IMG/VR virus record: IMGVR_UViG_3300032086_001957
DNA length: 64,000 bases
From: an uncultured virus (IMG/VR IMGVR_UViG_3300032086_001957)
Taxonomy: Duplodnaviria > Heunggongvirae > Uroviricota > Caudoviricetes
Reading direction: 5' to 3' (one strand)
Shown here: one piece after another, positions 26,832-36,489 of the stretch
Numbering within the stretch: position 1 is the stretch's first letter
Layout: every line of letters starts with the position of its first letter
Program-made: the position numbers and the translations under genes
The notes under the pieces: model-generated
Told to the model about the DNA's origin: nothing
Database searches by the model: none
Seen by the model: only the letters and a program-made list of their open reading frames with translations

Positions 26832-28643
26832 TTATCCTTCACAAGCTCTACAACCGTCATCTTCTTCCATTGCTTGTGATTCGTAATCTTTTAGTGCATC
26901 TCTTACAACTTTCTGCGAAACATTTTCTGCACGGTTTGATGTTTCTGTTCTTAAATAATATAAACCTTTACAACCTTCTTTCCACGCATTAAAGTGTGCT
27001 TTATGTAAATCTTTTTTATCTGCATTTGCAGGAAAGAATAAATTTAGTGATTGTCCTTGACATAAAAACTTTTGTCTATCTGCACCTTGTTTTACAATTT
27101 CTAATTGATCTAACTCAATCGCTGTTTTGAAAACATCTTTAACTTCATCAGATAGAAAATCTAAATGTTGAACTGAACCACCATTTGTAATAATACTACT
27201 CCATACTTCAGAATTGTTCTTATTTACTTTTTCTAATTCTTCTTCTAGATATCTGTTCTTTACTAAATGTGAACCAGCTCTTGTTCTGTGTGTATATGCG
27301 TTTGCTTTATTAGGTTCAATTGATGGTGATGTTGCAACAATAATTGAACTGTTTGCATTAGGAGCTATTGCAAGTAAGTGTGCATTTCTTCTACCAGTAC
27401 CATCCATGTCTGGTGCTTCACCTCTTTCATAACCCATAATATTACTTTCTTTTACTGCTTCGTCTTTAATGTATGCAAATACTTCATTGTTTAAATCTCT
27501 TGCTTCTTGAGATTCAAATGGTATTCTCTTTTGTTGTAGTAGTGCATGATAACCCATTGCACCAAGACCTAAACTTCTTTCTTGTTTTGCAGAATATCTT
27601 GCACGACTAATTTCATCACCTGCATTATCAATAAAGAATTGTAATACATTATCTAAAAATCTAATTAAATCTCTTACAAGTGTTGTATTCTTCCACTCAT
27701 CAAACTTTTCTAAATTAAGTGATGATAAACAACAAACTGCTGTTCTATCACTTGATGTTGGTAAATGTATTTCGTTACATAAGTTTGAACCATGAATTTT
27801 TAAACCTTTATCTTTCATACTTTGTGGCATTGCACGATTAGCTGTATCAATAAAGTTTAAGTATGGTTCACCTGTTCTATATCTTGTTTCTAATATTTGT
27901 TGCCATAGTTTTCTTGCAGGCATACTATCTCTAACAGTATTATCATTTGGGTCTTTTAAATCCCAAGTTTCATTTCTTTCAACTGCTAACATGAAATCAT
28001 CTGTAATATTAATTGCATGATGTAAATTTAAATTCTTTCTATTAACATCACCAGTAGGTATTCTCATATTTAAGAATTCAATAATGTCAGGGTGTGATAC
28101 ATTCATATAAGATGCATATGAACCTTTACGAGTTTTACCTTGACGATATGCAGTCATATCTGCATCTACTGTATGTAGAAAAGGCATAGGGCCTGGTGCT
28201 TTGTCAGATATTGCACGGACATCAGACCAATGACCACCAACACCACCACCTTTTACTGATAACCATCTTAACTCTGCACTATGGTCAATCAAACCTTCTA
28301 ATGAATCTGGAACATAAGTTAGAAAACAAGAAATAGGTAATGATTTTGCTTTATGGTTTGGTAATGGTGCATTTGATAAAACTGGTGATGCAAACATAAA
28401 CCAACCATTTGCGGCCGCATCATAAATTCTTTGTGCAAGACCCATATCTTTATATGAATATGCAACAGCAGCTCTTGCAAATGATTCTTGTGGAGATGTT
28501 TCACCGTCAATACAATAATAATCTTTTAATAATTTAAATGCTTGTTCTGATAACATACTATCTTTACTTTTATCTATTGTTATACCAAGATAGTTATTTT
28601 TATCTTCAGTTGGTAATTTAATTACAGGTGCCAAACCACTCAT
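26832..28643 (-). CDS. nrdA: Class Ia ribonucleotide reductase alpha subunit (no ATP cone)
   Basis: ISCF, GSNLCNEI, VCCLSS, AIAPNA, LYYLR, C-terminal CRACEG. Confidence 0.96.
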   Translation of the reverse strand: MSGLAPVIKLPTEDKNNYLGITIDKSKDSMLSEQAFKLLKDYYCIDGETSPQESFARAAVAYSYKDMGLAQRIYDAAANGWFMFASPVLSNAPLPNHKAKSLPISCFLTYVPDSLEGLIDHSAELRWLSVKGGGVGGHWSDVRAISDKAPGPMPFLHTVDADMTAYRQGKTRKGSYASYMNVSHPDIIEFLNMRIPTGDVNRKNLNLHHAINITDDFMLAVERNETWDLKDPNDNTVRDSMPARKLWQQILETRYRTGEPYLNFIDTANRAMPQSMKDKGLKIHGSNLCNEIHLPTSSDRTAVCCLSSLNLEKFDEWKNTTLVRDLIRFLDNVLQFFIDNAGDEISRARYSAKQERSLGLGAMGYHALLQQKRIPFESQEARDLNNEVFAYIKDEAVKESNIMGYERGEAPDMDGTGRRNAHLLAIAPNANSSIIVATSPSIEPNKANAYTHRTRAGSHLVKNRYLEEELEKVNKNNSEVWSSIITNGGSVQHLDFLSDEVKDVFKTAIELDQLEIVKQGADRQKFLCQGQSLNLFFPANADKKDLHKAHFNAWKEGCKGLYYLRTETSNRAENVSQKVVRDALKDYESQAMEEDDGCRACEG

Positions 28644-28652
28644 TCTTCTCTC

Positions 28653-29678
28653 CTAAACTTTTTTCCACTTATTAAATTCTGTAAGTGCAGTTAAACCAGA
28701 ATATGTATTTTGTTGTATTATAAGTTGTAATTCTTCTTTTGTCATACCTGAAAGAATCATATCATTTATATCTTTTTCTTTTACATCTCTAGGCCATATA
28801 ACGACACTATACTTATTAGAAATATACTTTTCAATCTGTTTACAGATTTCTCTATTTCTAGGTTCATTGTCTGGAATTAACACAGACTTGTTTTTGTATT
28901 TAGTAACTTGTAAATCGCTTTGTGCAACTGCGATACAGTTATCTATGAATAGACTGTCAAAGGGGCCTTCTACTATGTAAATTGTTTTACTAGTATTTAA
29001 TCTATCGACACCAAACAGTTTTTGATACGAATTATTGAAAATAATCGTAATATATTTTTGAGTTTCTTTCCCAAAACACCTACCTTGATAACCAAATATC
29101 TGACCATTCTTATTTCTAAATGGTATCAGTATTCTTGGGTGGTCACCCTTTAAAGTAGGAAATTTGTTCTCAACTATTGTGTTGGAAAACTCAAAAAATT
29201 TAGAACAGTAATATATATCATTCCAAGAATCTCTAGGAAGTTTTCTCTTAAACAAATATTGAACAGCTGGGTGTTTCTTGTCTAATTCTGCAAATGTTTT
29301 TAGATTACCTAGTCTTGTTTTGAAAACAGGTGGTTTGAAATCAAATTTAGGATTAGGTACTGTAACATTACTCTTACTACCTCTACCTTTTGATGTCTGA
29401 CCCTCTTTATATTTCTCTAATATATACTCTTTATGTAAATTTGTATCTACATACTTTAATAGATTAGAAAATGATGCACCTACGGAACAGTTATGACATT
29501 TATAGAATAAATCTACTTTTGTTCTATAAACAAAACCTCGAGCTTTATTTCTATTTTTCTTTGAATCACCACAATACGGACATCTAAAGTTCCAGAGAAA
29601 GTTATCTTTCTTCTGAAATTTTTCTAGTCTAGGGGAAAGTAAAGAAATGTATTTTATGTCTACAAAATTCATAAACAC
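28653..29678 (-). CDS. gp61: DNA primase gp61 (likely start 29672)
   Basis: NFRCPYCGDS, YKCHNC, GYQGR, VEGPFDSLF, DNEPRN, KDINDM. Confidence 0.95.
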   Translation of the reverse strand: MFMNFVDIKYISLLSPRLEKFQKKDNFLWNFRCPYCGDSKKNRNKARGFVYRTKVDLFYKCHNCSVGASFSNLLKYVDTNLHKEYILEKYKEGQTSKGRGSKSNVTVPNPKFDFKPPVFKTRLGNLKTFAELDKKHPAVQYLFKRKLPRDSWNDIYYCSKFFEFSNTIVENKFPTLKGDHPRILIPFRNKNGQIFGYQGRCFGKETQKYITIIFNNSYQKLFGVDRLNTSKTIYIVEGPFDSLFIDNCIAVAQSDLQVTKYKNKSVLIPDNEPRNREICKQIEKYISNKYSVVIWPRDVKEKDINDMILSGMTKEELQLIIQQNTYSGLTALTEFNKWKKV

Positions 29679-29679
29679 A

Positions 29680-29708
29680 ATTATACATTAAATGTGTATC
29701 TTTGTCAA
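29680..29708 (-). promoter_or_regulatory. Sigma70 promoter, probably leaderless primase mRNA
   Basis: TTGACA-17-TATAAT; ATG at 29672. Confidence 0.7.
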
Positions 29709-29711
29709 ACT

Positions 29712-30179
29712 TTATAAGAATTTCTGTAATAGAAAACCTATTACAATCGCACCACCAATAATTAGATGACGCCACTTTTCTAATATTCCTACTCTGTTCT
29801 GCAATTCTTCTCTTAACTTTACAAACTGTTCAGATTCTCTAGTATTATGTTCATGCAACATATCTAATATTCTTCTTTCCATAGAACTCATTTTATCAGA
29901 TGTTTCTTTTGCATTACTTGTAATTCTAGTGTGTAACTCTTGAACTGTTGTTTTAAATTCTTTTTCTTGCTCTTCCAATGCTTCTTCCTGTTTTACTAGT
30001 TTTTCTTCATGGACAGCCATGATAGTGTGTAACTGACTAGAAACATCTGCAATTTTTTCAATAGCATTATCTAAACGAACATGAATTGATTTCAAATCAT
30101 GTATGTCTTTTTTTATTAACGCTACTTGTGTTTCTATACTTTTTTCTACCATAGTATTACCATTGATTGAAAGATGCAA
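29712..30179 (-). CDS. Coiled-coil protein with C-terminal TM anchor
   Basis: RLD.AIEKI, LEKWR..I.GGAIVIGF. Confidence 0.65.
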   Translation of the reverse strand: MHLSINGNTMVEKSIETQVALIKKDIHDLKSIHVRLDNAIEKIADVSSQLHTIMAVHEEKLVKQEEALEEQEKEFKTTVQELHTRITSNAKETSDKMSSMERRILDMLHEHNTRESEQFVKLREELQNRVGILEKWRHLIIGGAIVIGFLLQKFL

Positions 30180-30196
30180 GAATCATGCACAGTTTG

Positions 30197-30664
30197 TTAT
30201 TTTCTATAATTTGATCTTGCTTTTTCTACAGCTCGAGATCCAAACCAAAATGATATAATAGCTGCAAATATCGCTTTTGTGTCCTCATCCCATAATAATT
30301 GAATCGCTTCTCTGAAATCTGTTCCATTTTCTAATGCACTCATTAATAGAGTTACTTCAATTACAGAGAACAAACCAAAAAAGGCATATGTGATAATTGG
30401 TCTTACAGACTTTTGAAGTGCTGAAGTCCAACCTGTTGATTGCATGATTGCAGTATCATGAGCAATTAATCTCTCATGTTCTTTATCTGCACCCATGACT
30501 TCGTACTGTTTCATGTCAACATCCATACCTTGTGCTTTTAATTCAGCAGCAAGTTTCATTTTCTCAAGTTCATGTTTCCTGTCACCTTTCTTTGCGAACA
30601 AATCTGTGACAGCTGGAACACTCGAACTTGCGAAACCTAATAATGAACCTAATATTGATAACAT
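30197..30664 (-). CDS. Holin-like membrane protein (3TM GTA-holin-like)
   Basis: DRKHEL, SVRP.ITY, AIISFWFGSR. Confidence 0.65.
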   Translation of the reverse strand: MLSILGSLLGFASSSVPAVTDLFAKKGDRKHELEKMKLAAELKAQGMDVDMKQYEVMGADKEHERLIAHDTAIMQSTGWTSALQKSVRPIITYAFFGLFSVIEVTLLMSALENGTDFREAIQLLWDEDTKAIFAAIISFWFGSRAVEKARSNYRK

Positions 30665-30666
30665 AA

Positions 30667-30819
30667 TTATTTTGCCTTTCGTTTCGTCTTTTTGACACTA
30701 GATTTTATCTCATCTCTATCTCTATCGACAATATCTCCGATAGGTTTAGAGGTATCTAGTGCATAACTATAAGATTGTTGTTTTAATATTTCTTTTTTTA
30801 ATTCTTTAAATGTTTTCAT
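30667..30819 (-). CDS. Small basic protein with capsid-targeting-like N-terminus (50 aa, not in ORF track)
   Basis: MKTFKELKKE...KKTKRKAK*. Confidence 0.55.
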   Translation of the reverse strand: MKTFKELKKEILKQQSYSYALDTSKPIGDIVDRDRDEIKSSVKKTKRKAK

Positions 30820-31542
30820 TTATGCAGCCTTTGTTGTTCTAGGAGTATCTAACACAATCATTTCAAATCCTGAACTTATAGCAGCAGTTGCACTTGATTT
30901 AGCTCTTACTTCTATATCAGTCTTTTCATTTACTTCTAGAGGTAATACAAAATTCTTTTCATTAAAACCACCTCTAATGGTTAAAAATTCTTTTGTTGCC
31001 CATACATTACTAGCACCATTTCTCGTAAGTAAGGTCACATCAATTTCACCACTTGCACTACTAGCTACATCTAATTGTACAATGTAACCTTTTTTACCAG
31101 CAGGAATTGTATATAATGCCATTAATGTTTGGCCTCTTTCAGGACTCACAATAGCAGCCGTTGTACTATCAACAGTAACATTAAGTGTACCAACATTTGT
31201 ATCAGTCGTAGTAGATGTTAACAGTTCTACTCTGAAAACTCTATAAAAATTAATTGCTCCAGCAGCACCACCAATAGTTAATACTTCATCTGCTAAATTA
31301 TAGTCAGCATCTAAACCAGAAACTTTAACTGTACCACCATTATCGGCAACTGTATCATCTGATGTAACTGTTGCTGTACTAGCTGTTGAAATGTAAGTGT
31401 ATAAATTTGATCCATCCCAAACTGTTTCAAATGCATTAGATGGAATTGCAGGATTATAACCAAACTTATTTACAGAATAAGCACCACGAATTAATCCTCT
31501 TGCAATCCGTAAATTTTCGTCATTTATATATCCTACAGCCAT
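30820..31542 (-). CDS. Putative virion structural beta-rich protein
   Basis: IARG, NKFGYNP, ETVW, GQT.MALYT.PAG, EKTDIEVRA. Confidence 0.55.
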   Translation of the reverse strand: MAVGYINDENLRIARGLIRGAYSVNKFGYNPAIPSNAFETVWDGSNLYTYISTASTATVTSDDTVADNGGTVKVSGLDADYNLADEVLTIGGAAGAINFYRVFRVELLTSTTTDTNVGTLNVTVDSTTAAIVSPERGQTLMALYTIPAGKKGYIVQLDVASSASGEIDVTLLTRNGASNVWATKEFLTIRGGFNEKNFVLPLEVNEKTDIEVRAKSSATAAISSGFEMIVLDTPRTTKAA

Positions 31543-31561
31543 CTAATTTCTCTTTTCTTTA

Positions 31562-31783
31562 TTATTGATTATCGTAATAATCTTTGTTTAATTCACCACG
31601 AACAATAGTTTCACCTACTTTTCTACATTTTATATAAGTTTTTGTAACATTCCCATTAGGATGAGTAAATGTTCTTATTCCACCAGTAATAGTGCCTGGT
31701 GAATCTGGATATGTATCTGCTCTAACAGCCGCATTATCATATTCCCATATATCGTTTGTGCCTGGTACTAAAACATATGCCAT
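31562..31783 (-). CDS. Hypothetical (probably virion) protein
   Basis: 73 aa in late cluster. Confidence 0.55.
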   Translation of the reverse strand: MAYVLVPGTNDIWEYDNAAVRADTYPDSPGTITGGIRTFTHPNGNVTKTYIKCRKVGETIVRGELNKDYYDNQ

Positions 31784-31787
31784 AACT

Positions 31788-32087
31788 TTACTCCGTATAT
31801 CCTTTTGGATAATTATCTTTTATCGCCTTTAAAGTTGTATAAAAATCACAAGTTTTATCCAATGTACCAGAATCAATAGCGTGCCATAACATATCTAGTT
31901 GTTCTTCTAGTTGAGGATATCTACCTTGTCTATGAATCCTATATTCTTCAGCAACTAATTCTGCATCTGTGGGTTGTGTTTCACTCTGACCTTCTTTCCA
32001 CACAAAACCTGTATCTGGACTGTAAGACCATTCTGCATTTGGTCTTAAAGAGGACATAGCCTTTAGTTTTTTTTCTTCATCTGTCAT
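31788..32087 (-). CDS. XkdW/tail-fibre-assembly-like protein
   Basis: LRPNAEW, R...YP..EEQLDMLWH, IK..YPK. Confidence 0.6.
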   Translation of the reverse strand: MTDEEKKLKAMSSLRPNAEWSYSPDTGFVWKEGQSETQPTDAELVAEEYRIHRQGRYPQLEEQLDMLWHAIDSGTLDKTCDFYTTLKAIKDNYPKGYTE

Positions 32088-32097
32088 AATCTATTCC

Positions 32098-33912
32098 TTA
32101 TCCTACTTTAGACAATGCGAATTTAGCAAGTTTCATGAATTGGTCTTTTGTACCATTCATCATCTTTTCCATTTTCTTTTTATTGTCTGTATTTACTTTA
32201 TCATAAATTTGTGAAAGTGCAGATGCAGTAAACATATCAACTTTTAAAGAACCATCTTTAAACTTAATATTCTTTGCACTTTTTCTTTTAACAATATCTT
32301 GAACAATCTTCAAGTTACTTTCATTTAACATTAAGTCACTTGAGTATGTTAACATTTTTTCTTTGATATCGTCAATGAAACTTGTTTTTACTTCTTCGAT
32401 AACGACTGCAAATTTACCTTTAGATTTGTTGACACCTTTAACAAGTTTACCACCAGACTTCTTTGCAAAAGCTTGTGCTTCTTTTTCGTTATCAAATAAA
32501 TGAAACTCTTTCTTTGCTTCTTTGAAATATTCTACACTTTCAGAATACTCATTCTTTGGAATCCAATTATCACCAGTTGGATCGTATGCATTATACTGAC
32601 AAGAACTTTCAGCAGTTGGTTTACCAAACATATCACCACAATTATTACAACACATATTACTCATGTCTTGTTCATTTTTTAAGAAACTACTATCATTACC
32701 TAATTTGGTTATCATTCTATCGTACCCACTTGGATTGCGTTTCTGCATACCTTGTTGAACTTTAATACCTGACATTCCAACCATCTTAATAACAGCTTTG
32801 ATTTGGTTTTTATCTTTGTATCCAAACATTTTTGTAACTTGATCTGGAGTTATTTTTTCTATATAACCCTTTGATAAATGTATTTTTTGATTTTCTGGGA
32901 TTGTTTTTCTTTTAGGCCCTTTTGGATCATCAAACATATTCGCATTTTTAACAGTAGTTGGAGTAATCTTTACTGGTAACTCACCCAACTTTTTTCTTCT
33001 ATCTGCAAATGCTTCTGCATCTTTTTTATCTTTGTAAATTGCATGACCTTTTTTCATACCTTTACCAAAATCAACTTTGAAACCTTTTAATTCTTCATCA
33101 AGTTCAGTTTCTTCTTTGAGAGGATATCCAATCATTTGTTTTTTGCGAGTTTTAACAATTTTTAAAGTTTTCTTATCTTTAACATTCAATGGTGGAAGTT
33201 CTGCACTTGCAACAGCACTCTTTGCACCCATTTCATCAGATGATGTACTTATAACTTGATTATTTCTAGCAGTATCAATAACTACGAATGGTTGTCTTAA
33301 TTCATCTAATTGTTCTTCTTTCAGTCCACGCTTTTTCATTTCTTTACCAATTCTTTTAATCATAAACTGTGTAGAAGGCATCTTTGGGTCTTTCTTTTCC
33401 ATGTCACGAAACTTTTTCATTAGTGACTTTAGATTATCATCAGATTGTTTACCCATCTTTGCATCTTCTTCTATTTCTTCTGCTCTGATTTCTGCATCAT
33501 AAAAATTCATTATGTCTTTTGCAAAAAGATTTAGTGCCTTACCTTTACCATCTACTTTGATAGTCTTACCAGGCCCCATAGAAACATCTAATCTTTTCTG
33601 TTTCTTTAAGTCATCAAATACTTTTTTTCTTTGTTTAGGGTCATTTACAGTAACAGTCATTTTATTAAACTCATCTAACTCAACTGCTTCTTTAAGTTTT
33701 GACTGTCTTTCTATCATTCTTTTTAAGAACGCTTTTGCTTCTCTTGTTCTACCATCATATGGTTTTTTCTTTTTCTTTACAACGACTGTTGAACTATCAT
33801 CACCTGTTCCTGCAACTGCAACTCCTGTTGCATTTACTGGTGCATCTTCTTTTTTGATTCCTAGTTTTTCATCATCATAATATCTTTGCATGATGTCTTT
33901 GAATGTTCTCAT
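32098..33912 (-). CDS. Probable head-internal polyprotein (Lys/Glu-rich, protease-processed)
   Basis: MRTFKDIM start, EDAP.N.TG..VAG, repeated (E/Q)LDE junctions, C-terminal VDMFTASA module. Confidence 0.6.
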   Translation of the reverse strand: MRTFKDIMQRYYDDEKLGIKKEDAPVNATGVAVAGTGDDSSTVVVKKKKKPYDGRTREAKAFLKRMIERQSKLKEAVELDEFNKMTVTVNDPKQRKKVFDDLKKQKRLDVSMGPGKTIKVDGKGKALNLFAKDIMNFYDAEIRAEEIEEDAKMGKQSDDNLKSLMKKFRDMEKKDPKMPSTQFMIKRIGKEMKKRGLKEEQLDELRQPFVVIDTARNNQVISTSSDEMGAKSAVASAELPPLNVKDKKTLKIVKTRKKQMIGYPLKEETELDEELKGFKVDFGKGMKKGHAIYKDKKDAEAFADRRKKLGELPVKITPTTVKNANMFDDPKGPKRKTIPENQKIHLSKGYIEKITPDQVTKMFGYKDKNQIKAVIKMVGMSGIKVQQGMQKRNPSGYDRMITKLGNDSSFLKNEQDMSNMCCNNCGDMFGKPTAESSCQYNAYDPTGDNWIPKNEYSESVEYFKEAKKEFHLFDNEKEAQAFAKKSGGKLVKGVNKSKGKFAVVIEEVKTSFIDDIKEKMLTYSSDLMLNESNLKIVQDIVKRKSAKNIKFKDGSLKVDMFTASALSQIYDKVNTDNKKKMEKMMNGTKDQFMKLAKFALSKVG

Positions 33913-34523
33913 TTTATATCCCCTATTTCTAATTCTTCTAAATCTTCTGAACTGACATATATTTTTTGTCTAGTGTTACTGTGTATAACTGGAAATACAT
34001 CTATTCCCATAATTGTATCAGATGATGCAGTATCTTCGTAAGCTTCTACTTCATCACCAATTAATGCACTAATCTCGTTATCATCTTCACTTGTTATTAC
34101 AACATCATTAACAAGTCTATATAAACCTTTTGGTAATTTACCATTGTCTAGAGTAACTTCTTCTACAATAGAATTATCTAATTCTATATTTTTTTCTTTT
34201 AAGTATTTTAAAAATTCTTTTTCAAATACTCTTGGGTCATCCATGTGTTCTTTGAAAGTATCTTTCAATAAAAACAACGCAGCCGCATATGTTCCTACTT
34301 TTGTTCTCAAGCCTGGAACTTTTGCAAATATTCTTTTTATGTTAAATACAAGTTTATGTAGAACAGTATAAGCATCTTGTTCTACTTGTTTATAAAGTTT
34401 CTTATCTGTTCTGTAACCTTCTTTATCAATGATACCCATCTTATATGCAGGTGTCTTTTCAAAAGGTGTAACTAACAACTTTATAAACCTGTAAGTTACA
34501 AATAAGTCTATCGCTCTTCCCAT
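33909..34523 (-). CDS. Conserved T4-like hypothetical protein
   Basis: YRFIKLLVTPF....AYK.GIID..G, LVFNIKR, YAAALFLLK. Confidence 0.75.
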   Translation of the reverse strand: MGRAIDLFVTYRFIKLLVTPFEKTPAYKMGIIDKEGYRTDKKLYKQVEQDAYTVLHKLVFNIKRIFAKVPGLRTKVGTYAAALFLLKDTFKEHMDDPRVFEKEFLKYLKEKNIELDNSIVEEVTLDNGKLPKGLYRLVNDVVITSEDDNEISALIGDEVEAYEDTASSDTIMGIDVFPVIHSNTRQKIYVSSEDLEELEIGDIK

Positions 34524-34885
34524 TATAGTTTCTCTAATACCTCTGTTATTTTTTTATCTTCTTCAACATCATCTAATTCATGTTTCTGTAACATATTTAG
34601 AAATACCATAAATGACTTTAAAATATGCCAGTATTGTTTTTCTACTTTAAACAGTAACAATGTACTTGAAGCTTCTATACCAAACAAATTATTAATGACA
34701 ATCATGTGATTTAAAATCAATCTTTCTTTCAACTCACCAGTTTCATGATATTTACGAATAAGTCTTTTAATGTACTTAAATCGTTTCATGTCATCATGAA
34801 ACTCTATTTCACCCTCACATTGTGGATTATCATAATTTTTTATTGCATAAAGAATGACATTATCATTCGTTATTTTTTCAAACAT
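34523..34885 (-). CDS. Conserved T4-like hypothetical protein
   Basis: YAIK.YDNP.C...EF.DD.KRFKYIKRL, LKERLILNH. Confidence 0.8.
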   Translation of the reverse strand: MFEKITNDNVILYAIKNYDNPQCEGEIEFHDDMKRFKYIKRLIRKYHETGELKERLILNHMIVINNLFGIEASSTLLLFKVEKQYWHILKSFMVFLNMLQKHELDDVEEDKKITEVLEKL

Positions 34886-34901
34886 AATATAAAAAAACTA
34901 A

Positions 34902-35309
34902 TTAAACTATTTGTGCCATTAAGAAATGTGTGTTTCCTGATGTTACTTCATGTTTAAGTTGTAATTTTAAACCACCTTCTACTTTGTGTGAAATACCGTC
35001 ATCATTGATATCACCGTTTTCGTCTTTTCCAAAACGACCACCAAACTGTGTTAAAGGTAAATCATAACTATCACTCTTACCAGTTAACTCAACATCTTCA
35101 AAAGAAATACTTAATCTACCAAGTTTATCTTTTAATTTGTTAAGTGCATTTTCTGGAACTAAATGTTCCATTTTACCTAACTGTGCAAGATAAGAATTAA
35201 TCTTTACAATTGTATCTGGATTACTTAAATCATTATTGAAACTAGCATCATCAACTGCGTTTTGAGTATCTAATGATTTTTCAGTAATATAGTCTTTAAA
35301 CTTTTTCAT
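34902..35309 (-). CDS. Hypothetical protein with capsid-targeting-like N-terminus
   Basis: MKKFKDYITE; QFGGRFGK. Confidence 0.65.
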   Translation of the reverse strand: MKKFKDYITEKSLDTQNAVDDASFNNDLSNPDTIVKINSYLAQLGKMEHLVPENALNKLKDKLGRLSISFEDVELTGKSDSYDLPLTQFGGRFGKDENGDINDDGISHKVEGGLKLQLKHEVTSGNTHFLMAQIV

Positions 35310-35448
35310 TTTTATTATCCTGTTTTTCTTGTTGAAGTTTTGACCTTTTCATACTTTCTGTTGTAGGAAAAGGCCATGCTTCAATATTTTTTTCATCATC
35401 TTCAGATGATTTTTCTACTGGTCTTTCGTCTATCAATTCAGGCCACAT
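35296..35448 (-). CDS. Small protein (50 aa, WPFP motif; not in ORF track)
   Basis: TAATG-coupled ORF filling the gap. Confidence 0.4.
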   Translation of the reverse strand: MWPELIDERPVEKSSEDDEKNIEAWPFPTTESMKRSKLQQEKQDNKNEKV

Positions 35449-35894
35449 TATGCGACTGTAGCTCCATTGTTAGAAAGAACAACCCAATTAGAATTAGTAA
35501 ATAGTAATGTAACGGTATCATTTACATCTTCAAAAGTAATTGTAGAACCATTTGCAAGATTAGTTGGTGTAATTACTGAATCACCACCATCTGTAATCAT
35601 AGTGATAATTTTAATTTGACCATTATTTCCATCTGGTAAACCACCTGCATGAGCACCACTAGTTGTGTCAATATGTGTAATTGATGTTGTTACATTTACA
35701 TCACCAGTTGTTGCTGTGATTGATTGTGGTGTACCATCTAAACCAATCCATGTAGGTATGTTATGAAATACATCATTAACACTAATTTTTTTGTTTACAG
35801 GATTACCTGAAGGATCATCAATAACATGAAGTAAATCTTCACCTGCTAATCCTGTTCCTAAATCTGATAGTGCAGTTATTTTTTTATCTGCCAT
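35448..35894 (-). CDS. Putative virion structural protein
   Basis: MADKKITAL, DL..V.D, NKKI; Thr/Gly-rich beta C-terminus. Confidence 0.6.
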   Translation of the reverse strand: MADKKITALSDLGTGLAGEDLLHVIDDPSGNPVNKKISVNDVFHNIPTWIGLDGTPQSITATTGDVNVTTSITHIDTTSGAHAGGLPDGNNGQIKIITMITDGGDSVITPTNLANGSTITFEDVNDTVTLLFTNSNWVVLSNNGATVA

Positions 35895-35921
35895 TTTTTC
35901 TTCTCCTTATAATGTTAACCT

Positions 35922-36182
35922 TCAACTCAATGCTTCAGTTACAGCATTATTGTCTTGCGAAGGAATGCTACTAGCGGGATTCGCCTCACCTAATTGTTGC
36001 AAAAACAAATCACATTGTTGTATTGCACCGTTAAGTGCAACAATTTGTGATTGTAATTGAACTTTCGCTTTATCTATGTTCTGTAACTGACCTTGAACTT
36101 TATCAAGGTCAGATTTCAGAGTTTCTTTTTGTTTATTAATATCATCAACTTTCAAACTTTTTGAATTATTTGGCATAATCAT
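35922..36182 (-). CDS. Coiled-coil hypothetical protein
   Basis: LNGAIQQCD.FL heptads. Confidence 0.6.
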   Translation of the reverse strand: MIMPNNSKSLKVDDINKQKETLKSDLDKVQGQLQNIDKAKVQLQSQIVALNGAIQQCDLFLQQLGEANPASSIPSQDNNAVTEALS

Positions 36183-36195
36183 TTTCCTTTATATA

Positions 36196-36465
36196 TTATG
36201 AATCAGCTCCAATTGTTGTGTCATCAGTATCATCATCACCAGTAATAGATGACATTGCAACCAAAACTTCAGTTTTGTTACGAGTTTGTCCAGCACTATC
36301 TGTGTATGTTCTAGTTTGAACCCACCCAGCGTGTGCAACACCCTTTGCTTTGTTAGCTGCTACTCCAACCTCTGTTGTATCTATACCAGCAGTTGCAGTT
36401 TTTTCTGCTGCTGTTAAATACAAAGGTTTATCAGCAGTCTGGTCTGTTGTTCCCCATAAAGCCAT
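36196..36465 (-). CDS. Small virion protein (MALWG family)
   Basis: MALWG..D, HAGWV, R.K.EVLVAM. Confidence 0.65.
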   Translation of the reverse strand: MALWGTTDQTADKPLYLTAAEKTATAGIDTTEVGVAANKAKGVAHAGWVQTRTYTDSAGQTRNKTEVLVAMSSITGDDDTDDTTIGADS

Positions 36466-36489
36466 AGTATTTCTCCTTGTTGTTATACT

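Noticed and set aside
25577..29678. Introns or inteins in nrdA, nrdB or primase
   Set aside because: ORFs are continuous and of normal or short length, with no intein or homing endonuclease motifs seen
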